From assembly GCA_902521885.1 (NCBI GenBank), contig CABYTJ010000001.1:16951-80950 (forward strand): 64,000 nucleotides of DNA, written 5' to 3'. The translations under genes and the position numbers were made by a program. Numbering within the stretch: position 1 is the stretch's first letter; every line of letters starts with the position of its first letter. The notes below the pieces were generated by a model, which saw only the letters and a list, made by a program, of their open reading frames with translations, had not been told where the DNA came from and made no database searches. The DNA is from an uncultured Pelagibacteraceae bacterium. GTDB lineage: Bacteria; Pseudomonadota; Alphaproteobacteria; Pelagibacterales; Pelagibacteraceae. This document shows positions 1 to 8,710 of the stretch, in pieces.

Positions 1-352
1 TTGTAGGTGTACAAATTAGTTTTTCAAAATTCATTTCACCATTCTTTATTTTTTCAATAAAATCATCTCCACCAACAATATCTGCCCCAGCACTTTTTGC
101 CTCAGAAGATTTTGCATCTTCACAAACAACTGCTACTTTAACTTTTTTCCCAGTACCTCCTGGAAGATTTACTACAGTTCTAATATTAATTTCATTTTTC
201 TTTTGTTTGTTATTGATTTGAAAACTTATGTCGAGCGACTCATCAAATTTTGTAGTACAATTTTTTTTTACAACAGGTAAAAGTTTTTCAATCATTTCTG
301 ATGGTAGATCAGATGTTTTTTCTGGAAGTTTTTTAAACCTTTTTGATTTCAT
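1..352 (-). CDS. rplA: 50S ribosomal protein L1 (N-terminal part; runs off the window start)
   Basis: Manual translation from ATG at 352 (overlaps rplK stop): MKSKRFKKL...KFDESLDISF...IRTVVNLPGGTGKKVKVAVV...AGADIVGGDD; sits directly after rplK. Confidence 0.95.
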   Translation of the reverse strand, partial: MKSKRFKKLPEKTSDLPSEMIEKLLPVVKKNCTTKFDESLDISFQINNKQKKNEINIRTVVNLPGGTGKKVKVAVVCEDAKSSEAKSAGADIVGGDDFIEKIKNGEMNFEKLICTPT

Positions 353-783
353 TATTCTTTAACCTCTATACCCATTGATCTTGCTGATCCTGAAATAATC
401 TTTACTGCTTGTTCTAGATCCACTGCATTTAGATCTGCCATCTTTTGTTTAGCTATATCTTCAGCTTGTTTTTTTGAAATTGATGCAACTATATTTCTTC
501 CTGGTTCTTTTGAGCCACTTTTTAATTTTGCCGCCTCTCTAATAAAAAATGATGCAGGTGGAGACTTAATTTTAAAGTCAAATTTTTTGTCCTTATAGAC
601 TGTAATTTCTACTGGAACAGGTTTACCAGCTAATGATTTTGTTTTATCATTAAATGCTTTGCAAAATTCCATGATGTTTACACCACGTTGTCCCAATGCA
701 GGGCCAACGGGAGGTGCAGGATTAGCTTGACCCCCTTTAATCTGAAGTTTTATAAATCCACTTATTTCTTTTTTCGCTGCCAT
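352..783 (-). CDS. rplK: 50S ribosomal protein L11
   Basis: [26 protein letters not shown] motif; SARSMG C-terminus. Confidence 0.99.
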   Translation of the reverse strand: MAAKKEISGFIKLQIKGGQANPAPPVGPALGQRGVNIMEFCKAFNDKTKSLAGKPVPVEITVYKDKKFDFKIKSPPASFFIREAAKLKSGSKEPGRNIVASISKKQAEDIAKQKMADLNAVDLEQAVKIISGSARSMGIEVKE

Positions 784-787
784 TGTT

Positions 788-1318
788 TTAACTTGCTTTC
801 TCCACTTGATTATATTCTAAATCAACAGGTGTTGGTCGACCAAATATAGAAACTGAAACTTTCAATCTAGATTTTTCCTCATCTATTTCTTCAACCATTC
901 CACTAAACGATGCAAAAGGGCCGTCTATAACTTGAACTTTTTCTCCAACTGCGTACTCTATAGCAGATTTTGGCTGAGCTACACCATCTTTTATTTGGCC
1001 TAAAATCTTATCAATTTCTTTGTCAGATACTGGAACAGGCATTCCTTTTGTTCCTAAAAAACCACTAACTCTCTTTATATTTTTTATCATATGATAAATG
1101 TTATTATCCATTTCACTCTTAATTAGAACATATCCAGGAAAATATTTCTTTTTTCTTTGAATTCTCTTGCCTCTCTTAACTTCTGTAACATCGTGAGTAG
1201 GCACAATGATTTCTTCAAATTTGTCTGAAATTTTAGCCTTATCAGCCTCTTCTTTAATTAATCCAGCTACTTTATTTTCGAAGCTTGAGTGTGATTGAAC
1301 TATGTACCAATTTTTCAT
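788..1318 (-). CDS. nusG: Transcription termination/antitermination factor NusG
   Basis: WYIVQ N-terminus, FPGYVL, KOW motif [21 protein letters not shown]. Confidence 0.99.
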   Translation of the reverse strand: MKNWYIVQSHSSFENKVAGLIKEEADKAKISDKFEEIIVPTHDVTEVKRGKRIQRKKKYFPGYVLIKSEMDNNIYHMIKNIKRVSGFLGTKGMPVPVSDKEIDKILGQIKDGVAQPKSAIEYAVGEKVQVIDGPFASFSGMVEEIDEEKSRLKVSVSIFGRPTPVDLEYNQVEKAS

Positions 1319-1509
1319 TAAATACTTACCTTTAGTAAAATCTCAAGAAAGAATTTTAAAACTTGATCTAAAAGTAAAAAAAATAATGACATTACAACGG
1401 CCATTGCAAAAACCATTAATGCACCTTGAAGTGTTTCTTTTCCAGTTGGCCAAGATACCTTGAAAGCTTCTTGTTTTACTTCTTGAATAAATTTTAACGG
1501 GTTTTTCAT
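1318..1509 (-). CDS. secE: Preprotein translocase subunit SecE
   Basis: EAFKVSWPT motif plus one TM helix; lies between tRNA-Trp and nusG. Confidence 0.97.
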   Translation of the reverse strand: MKNPLKFIQEVKQEAFKVSWPTGKETLQGALMVFAMAVVMSLFFLLLDQVLKFFLEILLKVSI

Positions 1510-1527
1510 AAAAAATTAACTCTTAAT

Positions 1528-1603
1528 TGGCAGGAGCGGAGGGACTCGAACCCTCAGCCTCCGGTTTTGGAGACCGGCGCTCTACCAATTGAGCTACACT
1601 CCT
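1528..1603 (-). tRNA. tRNA-Trp (CCA)
   Basis: Reverse complement AGGAGTGTAGCTCAATTGGTAGAGCGCCGGTCTCCAAAACCGGAGGCTGAGGGTTCGAGTCCCTCCGCTCCTGCCA; 76 nt cloverleaf, encoded CCA end. Confidence 0.98.
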
Positions 1604-1612
1604 ATATAGAGC

Positions 1613-2803
1613 TTACTCTATAATTTTAGTTACTACTCCAGCTCCAACAGTTCTACCACCTTCACGAATTGCAAAATTTAATTTTTCTGACATCGCAATA
1701 GGTGTAATTAATTTAACTGTAAATTTAGCATCATCACCTGGCATAACCATCTCTGTACCAGCAGGTAATTCTACTTCTCCAGTTACATCTGTTGTTCTAA
1801 AATAAAACTGTGGTCTATACTTTGTAAAAAATGGAGTGTGTCTTCCACCTTCTTCTTTTTTAAGTACATAAGCCTGAGCTTCAAATTTAGTATGTGGCGT
1901 AACTGAACCAGGTTTACATAGAACTTGACCTCTTTCGATGTCAGTTCTTTCAACACCTCTTAAAAGTACCCCAACATTATCACCAGCTTCACCAGAATCT
2001 AAAAGTTTTCTAAACATTTCTACTCCAGTACAAACTGATTTTTTAGTTTCTCTAATACCAATTATTTCAATTTCATCACCAGTTTTAAGTACACCTGACT
2101 CAACTCTTCCTGTCGCAACTGTACCCCTACCAGAAATTGAGAAAACATCCTCTACTGGCATTAAGAAAGGTTTGTCTTTTGGTCTGTCAGGTTGTGGAAT
2201 AAAAGCATCAACATTTTTCATCAATTCTAGAATTGAATTCTTTCCAATTTCATCATCTCTTCCTTCAACCGCTGCAAGTGCAGAACCTTTGGCAATTGGA
2301 GTTTTGTCACCTGGAAATTTGTAAGAAGTTAATAATTCTTTTATTTCTTCTTCTACCAGGTCAATCATTTCTTTATCATCAACTTGATCAACTTTATTTA
2401 AGTAAACACATATAGCTGGAACACCAACTTGTCTTGCTAAAAGAATATGTTCTCTAGTTTGAGGCATTGGACCATCTGCTGCGTTAACTACTAAAATAGC
2501 ACCATCCATTTGGGCAGCACCTGTGATCATATTTTTAACGTAATCCGCGTGGCCTGGACAATCTACGTGTGCATAGTGTCTTTTTTCAGTTTCATATTCT
2601 ACGTGCGCAGTTGAAATTGTAATCCCTCTCTCTTTTTCTTCTGGAGCTTTATCAATTTGATCATACGCTACAGCTTTCGCACCACCCGTTTCAGATAAAA
2701 CCTTAGTGATCGCAGCTGTTAAAGTTGTTTTACCGTGGTCGACATGACCAATTGTACCAATATTACAATGCGGTTTATTTCTTACAAATTTTTCTTTTGA
2801 CAT
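1613..2803 (-). CDS. tuf: Elongation factor Tu
   Basis: [28 protein letters not shown] motifs; 396 aa; GAGGA SD upstream. Confidence 0.99.
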   Translation of the reverse strand: MSKEKFVRNKPHCNIGTIGHVDHGKTTLTAAITKVLSETGGAKAVAYDQIDKAPEEKERGITISTAHVEYETEKRHYAHVDCPGHADYVKNMITGAAQMDGAILVVNAADGPMPQTREHILLARQVGVPAICVYLNKVDQVDDKEMIDLVEEEIKELLTSYKFPGDKTPIAKGSALAAVEGRDDEIGKNSILELMKNVDAFIPQPDRPKDKPFLMPVEDVFSISGRGTVATGRVESGVLKTGDEIEIIGIRETKKSVCTGVEMFRKLLDSGEAGDNVGVLLRGVERTDIERGQVLCKPGSVTPHTKFEAQAYVLKKEEGGRHTPFFTKYRPQFYFRTTDVTGEVELPAGTEMVMPGDDAKFTVKLITPIAMSEKLNFAIREGGRTVGAGVVTKIIE

Positions 2804-2846
2804 TACTTATTTCCTCACATTTCTTTTTTTTTATAATTTTTAATCT

Positions 2847-2920
2847 TGGAGCGGGTAAAGGGAATCGAACCCTTACATCCAGCTTGGAAGGCTAGCGTTC
2901 TACCATTGAACTACACCCGC
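2847..2920 (-). tRNA. tRNA-Gly (TCC)
   Basis: Reverse complement GCGGGTGTAGTTCAATGGTAGAACGCTAGCCTTCCAAGCTGG...GGTTCGATTCCCTTTACCCGCTCCA; 74 nt. Confidence 0.98.
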
Positions 2921-2966
2921 ACAACCCCAAGAGTAACACTCCAGTATTATCTAAAATTTTATCGAA

Positions 2967-3052
2967 TGGTGGAGGGGGAAAGATTCGAACTTTCGAAGAC
3001 CGAAGTCAACGGGTTTACAGCCCGCCCCATTTGACCGCTCTGGAACCCCTCC
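2967..3052 (-). tRNA. tRNA-Tyr (GTA)
   Basis: Reverse complement GGAGGGGTTCCAGAGCGGTCAAATGGGGCGGGCTGTAAACCCG...GTTCGAATCTTTCCCCCTCCACCA; long variable arm, 86 nt. Confidence 0.98.
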
Positions 3053-3098
3053 TTTGGGGAAGTGTCCCCTGTTCAATAAAGCTTCAAACAACATGCGT

Positions 3099-3126
3099 TT
3101 TATATATTTTATTTATGTAAATGCAA
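3099..3126 (-). promoter_or_regulatory. Putative sigma70 promoter for the tRNA-Tyr/Gly/tuf operon
   Basis: Minus strand TTGCAT-N16-TATAAA about 45 nt upstream of tRNA-Tyr; AT-rich background lowers specificity. Confidence 0.45.
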
Positions 3127-3180
3127 CACGTGATTTAATGGGAAAATATACAAAAAAACGTGTAAAACTAGGGTAAATTT

Positions 3181-3924
3181 ATGAACAAATCATCATTTTT
3201 TATTATTGGTCAACATGCCGTAATAGAAGCATTAAGAAATCCAAAAAGGAAGGTTTTAAGAGTTTTTTTAACTGAAGAAAGTAAAAAAAATATTCATCGG
3301 AAAAGTCCAAAAAAAAATCTTCTAGAAGATGTTAAAGTATATTTTAAGACTAAAAAAGAATTAGATAAATACAGCACTAAGGAAAATTTGTTACACCAAG
3401 GTTATGTGGCAGAGGTTGAACATATTGAAAAACCAATTCTCAAAGATTTTATAAAAGAAAAAAAAGAAACAACTCTTGTTTGTTTGGATGGAGTAACTGA
3501 CCCAAGAAATATTGGATCGTTAATTAGAAGTGCAGCCTCATTTAAAATTGATGGAATAATAATCAAAGAAAGGAACTTTCCAAATGAAAGTAAGCTCATG
3601 TATAAAGCAGCAAGTGGTTCTATGGAATATATGAATATTTTTGAAGTATCAAATATCAATTCAACCTTAAAAAATTTAAAAAATAAGAATTTTTGGGTTT
3701 ATGGTTTTGATGGATGTGGTGATAAAGATTTTACAGATATTAAATGGCAAGGTAACAATGTTTTACTATTTGGGTCAGAAGGATTTGGTATGCACGAACA
3801 TACTTCCAAATATGCTGATTTTTTAGTTAAAATAGAGATAGATAGAAAAATAGAAAGTTTGAATATATCAAATAGTGCAGCTATTGTATTTCATCATTTA
3901 AACTACTTAAAAAAAAAGAGTTGA
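3181..3924 (+). CDS. rlmB: 23S rRNA (guanosine-2'-O)-methyltransferase RlmB (SpoU family)
   Basis: HQG motif, LDGVTDPRNIGSLIRSA, GSEGFG, ESLNISN SPOUT motifs. Confidence 0.9.
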   Translation: MNKSSFFIIGQHAVIEALRNPKRKVLRVFLTEESKKNIHRKSPKKNLLEDVKVYFKTKKELDKYSTKENLLHQGYVAEVEHIEKPILKDFIKEKKETTLVCLDGVTDPRNIGSLIRSAASFKIDGIIIKERNFPNESKLMYKAASGSMEYMNIFEVSNINSTLKNLKNKNFWVYGFDGCGDKDFTDIKWQGNNVLLFGSEGFGMHEHTSKYADFLVKIEIDRKIESLNISNSAAIVFHHLNYLKKKS

Positions 3925-3957
3925 TTATTTTGCAAATTCAAAATAGTTGTTGCATAT

Positions 3958-4033
3958 GCCCTTGTAGCTCAGCTGGTAGAGCAATTGATTTGTAATCAAT
4001 AGGTCCGCGGTTCGAATCCGTGCGGGGGCACCA
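3958..4033 (+). tRNA. tRNA-Thr (TGT)
   Basis: GCCCTTGTAGCTCAGCTGGTAGAGCAATTGATTTGTAATCAATAGGTCCGCGGTTCGAATCCGTGCGGGGGCACCA; 76 nt. Confidence 0.98.
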
Positions 4034-4039
4034 CTCAGT

Positions 4040-5719
4040 TTATATACTTTCGATAGTTGCAAAATCGTTAACTAGGACCCCAGAGTTGTAAGAAAAACTA
4101 TGCGTACCTGAAATCTTTTTAAAAAAATCTGGCATTACGTTCATACAAATTTCTTCCTCGTACTCATTTTCTGTTAAAGTTTTAATTCTAGAAATACCAA
4201 TCGACTCACCATAATTATCAAATCCTTGTTTTTGAAAAACTCTATAAGCATGTTTTTTTTCAGAATATATCATCCCTCCATTTCTTGCTTTTTTGGAATC
4301 AAAAATAACTGGATTTAATGCATGAGGTTTCCATTGAGAAGACTCAATATTGTCAGCATAAAAAATATGTAATTCTGATGAATAGTCACTTGAATTTGAT
4401 GTATCTAAATTTGTAAACAACCAATATTTATTATTAAATTTAAAAATATTTGTATCTACTGCACTAATATCACTTATTAATATTTTGTGAAGTTTCCATT
4501 TAAGTGGAAATTCTGTACATCTATATATTCTGATATCTTTTGTCTGATGAGTTTCAGGAATCATATATAAGTCTTCTTTGTCTTCTATTAAAAAAGGGTA
4601 TGAAAGATGAAATTCTTCTTCAAGTACTGTTCCTAATTTTTTGTAACTTTCTGAATTAATCTCATATGCAGAAATTTTTCCTTTACAGTTTTTAAAACTA
4701 TAATCCTCAACAAAGATAACTGTTTTATTGTTATACTTTATAACAAATGGGTCGGCTAAAAAACTATTTTTAGGATTTTTAATAATTATTGATTTGCTCA
4801 AAGTTGGATTTTTCCACTCATTGATAAATTGGTAAGCAACATTCCACATCAAAGAGCGACCAAACATTTTGTTTAATATTTTTCTTGTCCCTAATATTAA
4901 GGTTTTATACAAATATAAAATCGAAACATAAGCTGTAGGTATTTTATGTATTTTAGATTTGTAAGTTTCTTTTTTATAAAAATCTAACCTATTATTGGCC
5001 TTTGATAAATTTTCTAGAGTTTTGTGTAAAAAAACACTTGATTTTAAATAAAGCTTGCAGACATTTATTTTATATAAAAAAGAGGTAGGAATATTTCCCT
5101 TAAAGATCACATCGCCACCATCCAATACTTCATTAAGTCGTTGAATAATAAATCCAGTGGAAGGCTCACGATTATAAACTTCCCAAAATCCTGGGGGACC
5201 TCCTCTATAAAAATCACTATCTCCATGGTGAAATGAAAAAATACCTAATCGGCATACATTCAGAATTTCACCTTTTAAAATACCGCTTCCTCCTCTTATT
5301 AATAAATCTAGATTAAGATTTCTAATATTCGCTATATCATTACTTTTATAGTGATAATATAAATTTGATGACGAAGTCTCTGGTATTACATTAATTTTTT
5401 TAATATCGAATTTAGATATAGGATGTTTCAGAAAAACTTTTTTAAATTTATCATTTTTTTTTATTAGTCTGCTTTCTATTAGATCAATGAATTCAAAAAA
5501 TAAACGGTCGATAAACCTTCTGATACCTTTTTTTTTTACATAATCTAATAATTTATTAAAAGAATTTTTAATTTTTAAATTATTAGACTTTTGAATAATC
5601 AAGTACTCAACATCATAACAGTTACTTTCTAAACTTTTTTTATAAAAGTCATAAATTAGATAAGGTTGATCAATATCATCAACTATTATTCCAACCTTTA
5701 GTTTTTTTGAACTATCCAT
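4040..5719 (-). CDS. Formyltransferase-like domain fused to a five-bladed beta-propeller (glucosamine inositolphosphorylceramide transferase/GINT1-like family)
   Basis: SFHHGD..YRGGPPGFWE and LDGG formyltransferase-like motifs; C-terminal ADPF, HLSYPF, YMIPET, ARNGG propeller motifs. Confidence 0.7.
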   Translation of the reverse strand: MDSSKKLKVGIIVDDIDQPYLIYDFYKKSLESNCYDVEYLIIQKSNNLKIKNSFNKLLDYVKKKGIRRFIDRLFFEFIDLIESRLIKKNDKFKKVFLKHPISKFDIKKINVIPETSSSNLYYHYKSNDIANIRNLNLDLLIRGGSGILKGEILNVCRLGIFSFHHGDSDFYRGGPPGFWEVYNREPSTGFIIQRLNEVLDGGDVIFKGNIPTSFLYKINVCKLYLKSSVFLHKTLENLSKANNRLDFYKKETYKSKIHKIPTAYVSILYLYKTLILGTRKILNKMFGRSLMWNVAYQFINEWKNPTLSKSIIIKNPKNSFLADPFVIKYNNKTVIFVEDYSFKNCKGKISAYEINSESYKKLGTVLEEEFHLSYPFLIEDKEDLYMIPETHQTKDIRIYRCTEFPLKWKLHKILISDISAVDTNIFKFNNKYWLFTNLDTSNSSDYSSELHIFYADNIESSQWKPHALNPVIFDSKKARNGGMIYSEKKHAYRVFQKQGFDNYGESIGISRIKTLTENEYEEEICMNVMPDFFKKISGTHSFSYNSGVLVNDFATIESI

Positions 5720-5728
5720 TATCTATAT

Positions 5729-6499
5729 TTATGAAGTTTCATTTCTTAATTGTTCTAATTTAATTTTATTTTGAAGACTTCTATTTTTATCATATAAAAG
5801 ATTAAACTTAATTTTCTTATTAGTTTTAACTGTTATATTTTTTGCATTTCTAACCTCTAAATTATCTGCAACAGCACTTATGGGTCTTTTTTTTGGATTT
5901 AAATTTTTAATTATTATTTTTGATTTATCGTTGACAATTTTTCCTTTCCATCTTCTTGGTCTAAATGGACTTATAGGTGAAATTGATAATTTTTTAGAAT
6001 TTAAACTTAAGATAGGTCCATGAACTGAGAGATTATATGCAGTACTTCCAGCTGGTGTGGAAACGAGTACACCATCAGATACTAATTTTTTAATAAGTTG
6101 TTTAGATCCATAATTAATAGATAAAGAAGCAGCTTGCCTACTCTGTCTTAAAATTGAAACTTCATTAATTGCTAAATATTTTCTAGTTTGATTTTTATTA
6201 TTTTTAACAATCATCTGTAATGGAGAAATGCTAATCATATTTGCTTTTGATAAATTTTTTATAATTGTTTTAGAGGAAAACTTATTCATCAAAAAACCAT
6301 AATTACCTGAATTTATTCCATAAAAGGTTTTTTTGGATTTTTGATTCTTTTTTAATGTTTGAAGCATAAAACCATCACCACCAATTACAATTACAGTATT
6401 TGATTTACTAATTTTATTATTATTCAATTTTTTTAATAATTGAGATTTTATTTGTCTCGATTTTTTATTTGTGTCAGAAATAATTTGTATTTTTTTCAT
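5729..6499 (-). CDS. nadK: NAD kinase
   Basis: GGDG, GFL, NE, DG..VSTPAGSTAYNLS motifs; start moved to ATG at 6499 because the ORF-track start (6535) lies inside tRNA-Leu. Confidence 0.95.
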   Translation of the reverse strand: MKKIQIISDTNKKSRQIKSQLLKKLNNNKISKSNTVIVIGGDGFMLQTLKKNQKSKKTFYGINSGNYGFLMNKFSSKTIIKNLSKANMISISPLQMIVKNNKNQTRKYLAINEVSILRQSRQAASLSINYGSKQLIKKLVSDGVLVSTPAGSTAYNLSVHGPILSLNSKKLSISPISPFRPRRWKGKIVNDKSKIIIKNLNPKKRPISAVADNLEVRNAKNITVKTNKKIKFNLLYDKNRSLQNKIKLEQLRNETS

Positions 6500-6505
6500 T
6501 TTTTG

Positions 6506-6591
6506 TGGTGCCCTCGGCCAGACTCGAACTGGCACTCCGCAAGCGGCAAGGATTTTAAGTCCTTTGTGTCTACCAATTTCACCACGAGGGC
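6506..6591 (-). tRNA. tRNA-Leu (TAA)
   Basis: Reverse complement GCCCTCGTGGTGAAATTGGTAGACACAAAGGACTTAAAATCCTT...GTTCGAGTCTGGCCGAGGGCACCA; long variable arm, 86 nt. Confidence 0.98.
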
Positions 6592-6759
6592 ATTAATGAA
6601 TTTCATGAATGTTTATGCTAATATTTATAATTGAACAAGTCCAATAAGTAAAATTGTTATTTATTTGAAGATTTTACAAACATTAATGAACAGTTGGAAT
6701 GTCCAAGTAGGACAAAATTAATGATGAATAAATATCTTTATTAATTATCATTATACTCA

Positions 6760-6960
6760 ATGAAAAAAAATATTTTTAAATCTCACTTAAAAAAAAAATC
6801 ACAATCAAAGCTTGCTCTATCAATTAGCCTATTTATTGTGCTTTTAACCTCAACTGGATACATCTTTAATTCTAAAGGAATAATTTTTCTATTTTATATT
6901 TCTTGTTTTGTATTTTTCTACAATTTAGTAATTCACTTTTTATTAGAAAAATTTGATTAA
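6760..6960 (+). CDS. Small hypothetical membrane protein (two TM helices)
   Basis: 66 aa ORF, basic N-terminus then two hydrophobic segments; fills the gap and abuts the next gene's stop. Confidence 0.55.
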   Translation: MKKNIFKSHLKKKSQSKLALSISLFIVLLTSTGYIFNSKGIIFLFYISCFVFFYNLVIHFLLEKFD

Positions 6961-7836
6961 TTAAAATTTAGCAAGGGTACTTATAATTTTACTTTGTTTT
7001 TTGTGTATAAATGGAAATTTCAAACTATAAAAATATTTATAAAAATCCGCTTGTTCCTCAAAAATAATTTTGTTTGATTTTTCTCTAATTTTGAAATCGT
7101 AATAATTTATAATTTCACCATCATACATTTTTTTTTCTTCACGATTTAATGAATACAGGTAAGATTGATTTGTTTTTATAATATCTAAATATGCATGAGT
7201 TTCTGTAATTGGCATTTCTTGAAACGAAGCTTTATTTACAAATAAATTGATATCCTTTTTTATAAGCATTTTTTTATTTTCAGCAGGTATCAGAAATAAC
7301 TTATGACTATCATCAATATCTTCATCTCGTTCAACTATTTTGATTAAATTAAGATCAATTAAATTATATTTTTTAATTATTAAGTAATCTTGTATTAAAG
7401 CTTGAGGTAAATTTATTGAAAATATTTTATTTATTTTTGGGTTTTCTAACAATCCGGATACAAAAGTTGCCTTTCCATCACCAATTGTACAAACATTTCC
7501 TTTTAAAACATTATTTTTATCTAAAATTCTTAAAATAATCGCATGTCGGATTAAATCAAAATTCAATAATCTATTTTGTTTTTTTGCTAATTTTTTATAA
7601 ATTTTGTAAAATTTTGTGAATAATTCATTTTTATAAAGCATTAATCTAAAAATAAAACTTAGATAAAATTTGATTTGTGTTTTTGTATCTAATTTTTCAA
7701 AAGTACCGCTATTTAATGGATTGTAAATATCGTAAAAATTTTTATTTAATAGGTGTTCTTTCCCATATGCTGACATATTATTTTCAGAATTTACTAAATA
7801 CTTTTCTAAAATTTTTATAGATTTATCGTTTGTCAT
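6961..7836 (-). CDS. Putative sugar O-methyltransferase (NanM-like, SAM-dependent)
   Basis: Degenerate motif I (VCTIGDG), INLP, LFVN..SFQEM and YSLNR motifs typical of this family. Confidence 0.65.
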   Translation of the reverse strand: MTNDKSIKILEKYLVNSENNMSAYGKEHLLNKNFYDIYNPLNSGTFEKLDTKTQIKFYLSFIFRLMLYKNELFTKFYKIYKKLAKKQNRLLNFDLIRHAIILRILDKNNVLKGNVCTIGDGKATFVSGLLENPKINKIFSINLPQALIQDYLIIKKYNLIDLNLIKIVERDEDIDDSHKLFLIPAENKKMLIKKDINLFVNKASFQEMPITETHAYLDIIKTNQSYLYSLNREEKKMYDGEIINYYDFKIREKSNKIIFEEQADFYKYFYSLKFPFIHKKQSKIISTLAKF

Positions 7837-7895
7837 AATAATTTAATTTTTAATGATTATGCATTATATTACATTATAATGTTAGCTCTTTCATA

Positions 7896-8702
7896 ATGAA
7901 AAAAAAACCTACAATTTTAATCTTTACAGATTTAGATGGCTCTCTTTTACATAGGGATACTTTTAAATTCGATCCAATCAAAGATTATATCAAAAGTCTT
8001 TTAGATAATGGAATAATTGTCATTCCAAATTCTAGTAAGACTGAAAAGGAAATTGAAAATTTTAATGAAGAACTCGGTACCAAGCTACCATTTATTTCAG
8101 AAAATGGATCTGCTATTCATGGATTAAACTTAATTAACCAAAATTTTCCAACCAAAATAATTCTTAGTAGGGAAAAAGAGGAATTACTAAAAATTTTTAA
8201 TGAAAAGATTCCTGAAAAATTGATAAATAAATGCGTTCAAATTTCTAAACTAAGTAAAAAAGCACAAGAAAAAATATTTGGACAAAAAGATGATAAACTT
8301 AAGGATGCATTAAAAAGAAAGTACACTCTGCCCTTTGTGTTTAATGGGAATAATTCTGAAAAAAATAAATTGTTAAAAATTTTAAGCTCTAACTCACTAA
8401 CATTACAGGAAGGTGGTCGTGTTTTAAACTTGTGTGATAATATTAATAAAATAAAATCAATGAATAGAATAATTAAAATTTTGAAAAAGACTGAGGACAA
8501 AATTAAAACTATTGCTGTTGGGGACAACTATAATGATCTAGAAATGTTAAAAAATAGCGACGTACCATGTTTAGTTTTCAATGATCAATTTAAACTAGAC
8601 AAAATTAACATAGATAATCTTATATTTTCTAACAAGCCATCACCTGAGGGCTGGGCTGATGTGATAAAAATGGCGCTAGAAAAAATAGGATATAGTGATT
8701 AA
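7896..8702 (+). CDS. gpgP: Glucosyl/mannosyl-3-phosphoglycerate phosphatase (HAD IIB)
   Basis: FTDLDGSLL, SSKT, ENG, GGR, GDNYNDLEML; adjacent to gpgS. Confidence 0.85.
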   Translation: MKKKPTILIFTDLDGSLLHRDTFKFDPIKDYIKSLLDNGIIVIPNSSKTEKEIENFNEELGTKLPFISENGSAIHGLNLINQNFPTKIILSREKEELLKIFNEKIPEKLINKCVQISKLSKKAQEKIFGQKDDKLKDALKRKYTLPFVFNGNNSEKNKLLKILSSNSLTLQEGGRVLNLCDNINKIKSMNRIIKILKKTEDKIKTIAVGDNYNDLEMLKNSDVPCLVFNDQFKLDKINIDNLIFSNKPSPEGWADVIKMALEKIGYSD

Positions 8703-8710
8703 GATTTAAA

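Noticed and set aside
2846-3034. 62 aa plus-strand ORF
   Set aside because: Antisense shadow of tRNA-Gly and tRNA-Tyr
3126-3163. ACACGT...ACGTGT inverted repeat in the tRNA/rlmB divergent region
   Set aside because: Six-bp arms with a long spacer; could be chance
3958-6591. Integrative or invertible element bounded by tRNA-Thr and tRNA-Leu (shared GGGCACCA ends in inverted orientation)
   Set aside because: The match is just similar acceptor stems plus CCA; no integrase and no duplicated tRNA 3' end (att site) was seen, and nadK is a core gene
6440-6634. 64 aa plus-strand ORF and the 12 aa N-terminal extension of nadK
   Set aside because: Both overlap tRNA-Leu; translation artefacts
6632-6720. 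Loose repeats (TGAACA/GTCCAA) and a small GTCC-N5-GGAC hairpin upstream of tRNA-Leu
   Set aside because: Too short and irregular to call a repeat array or RNA element
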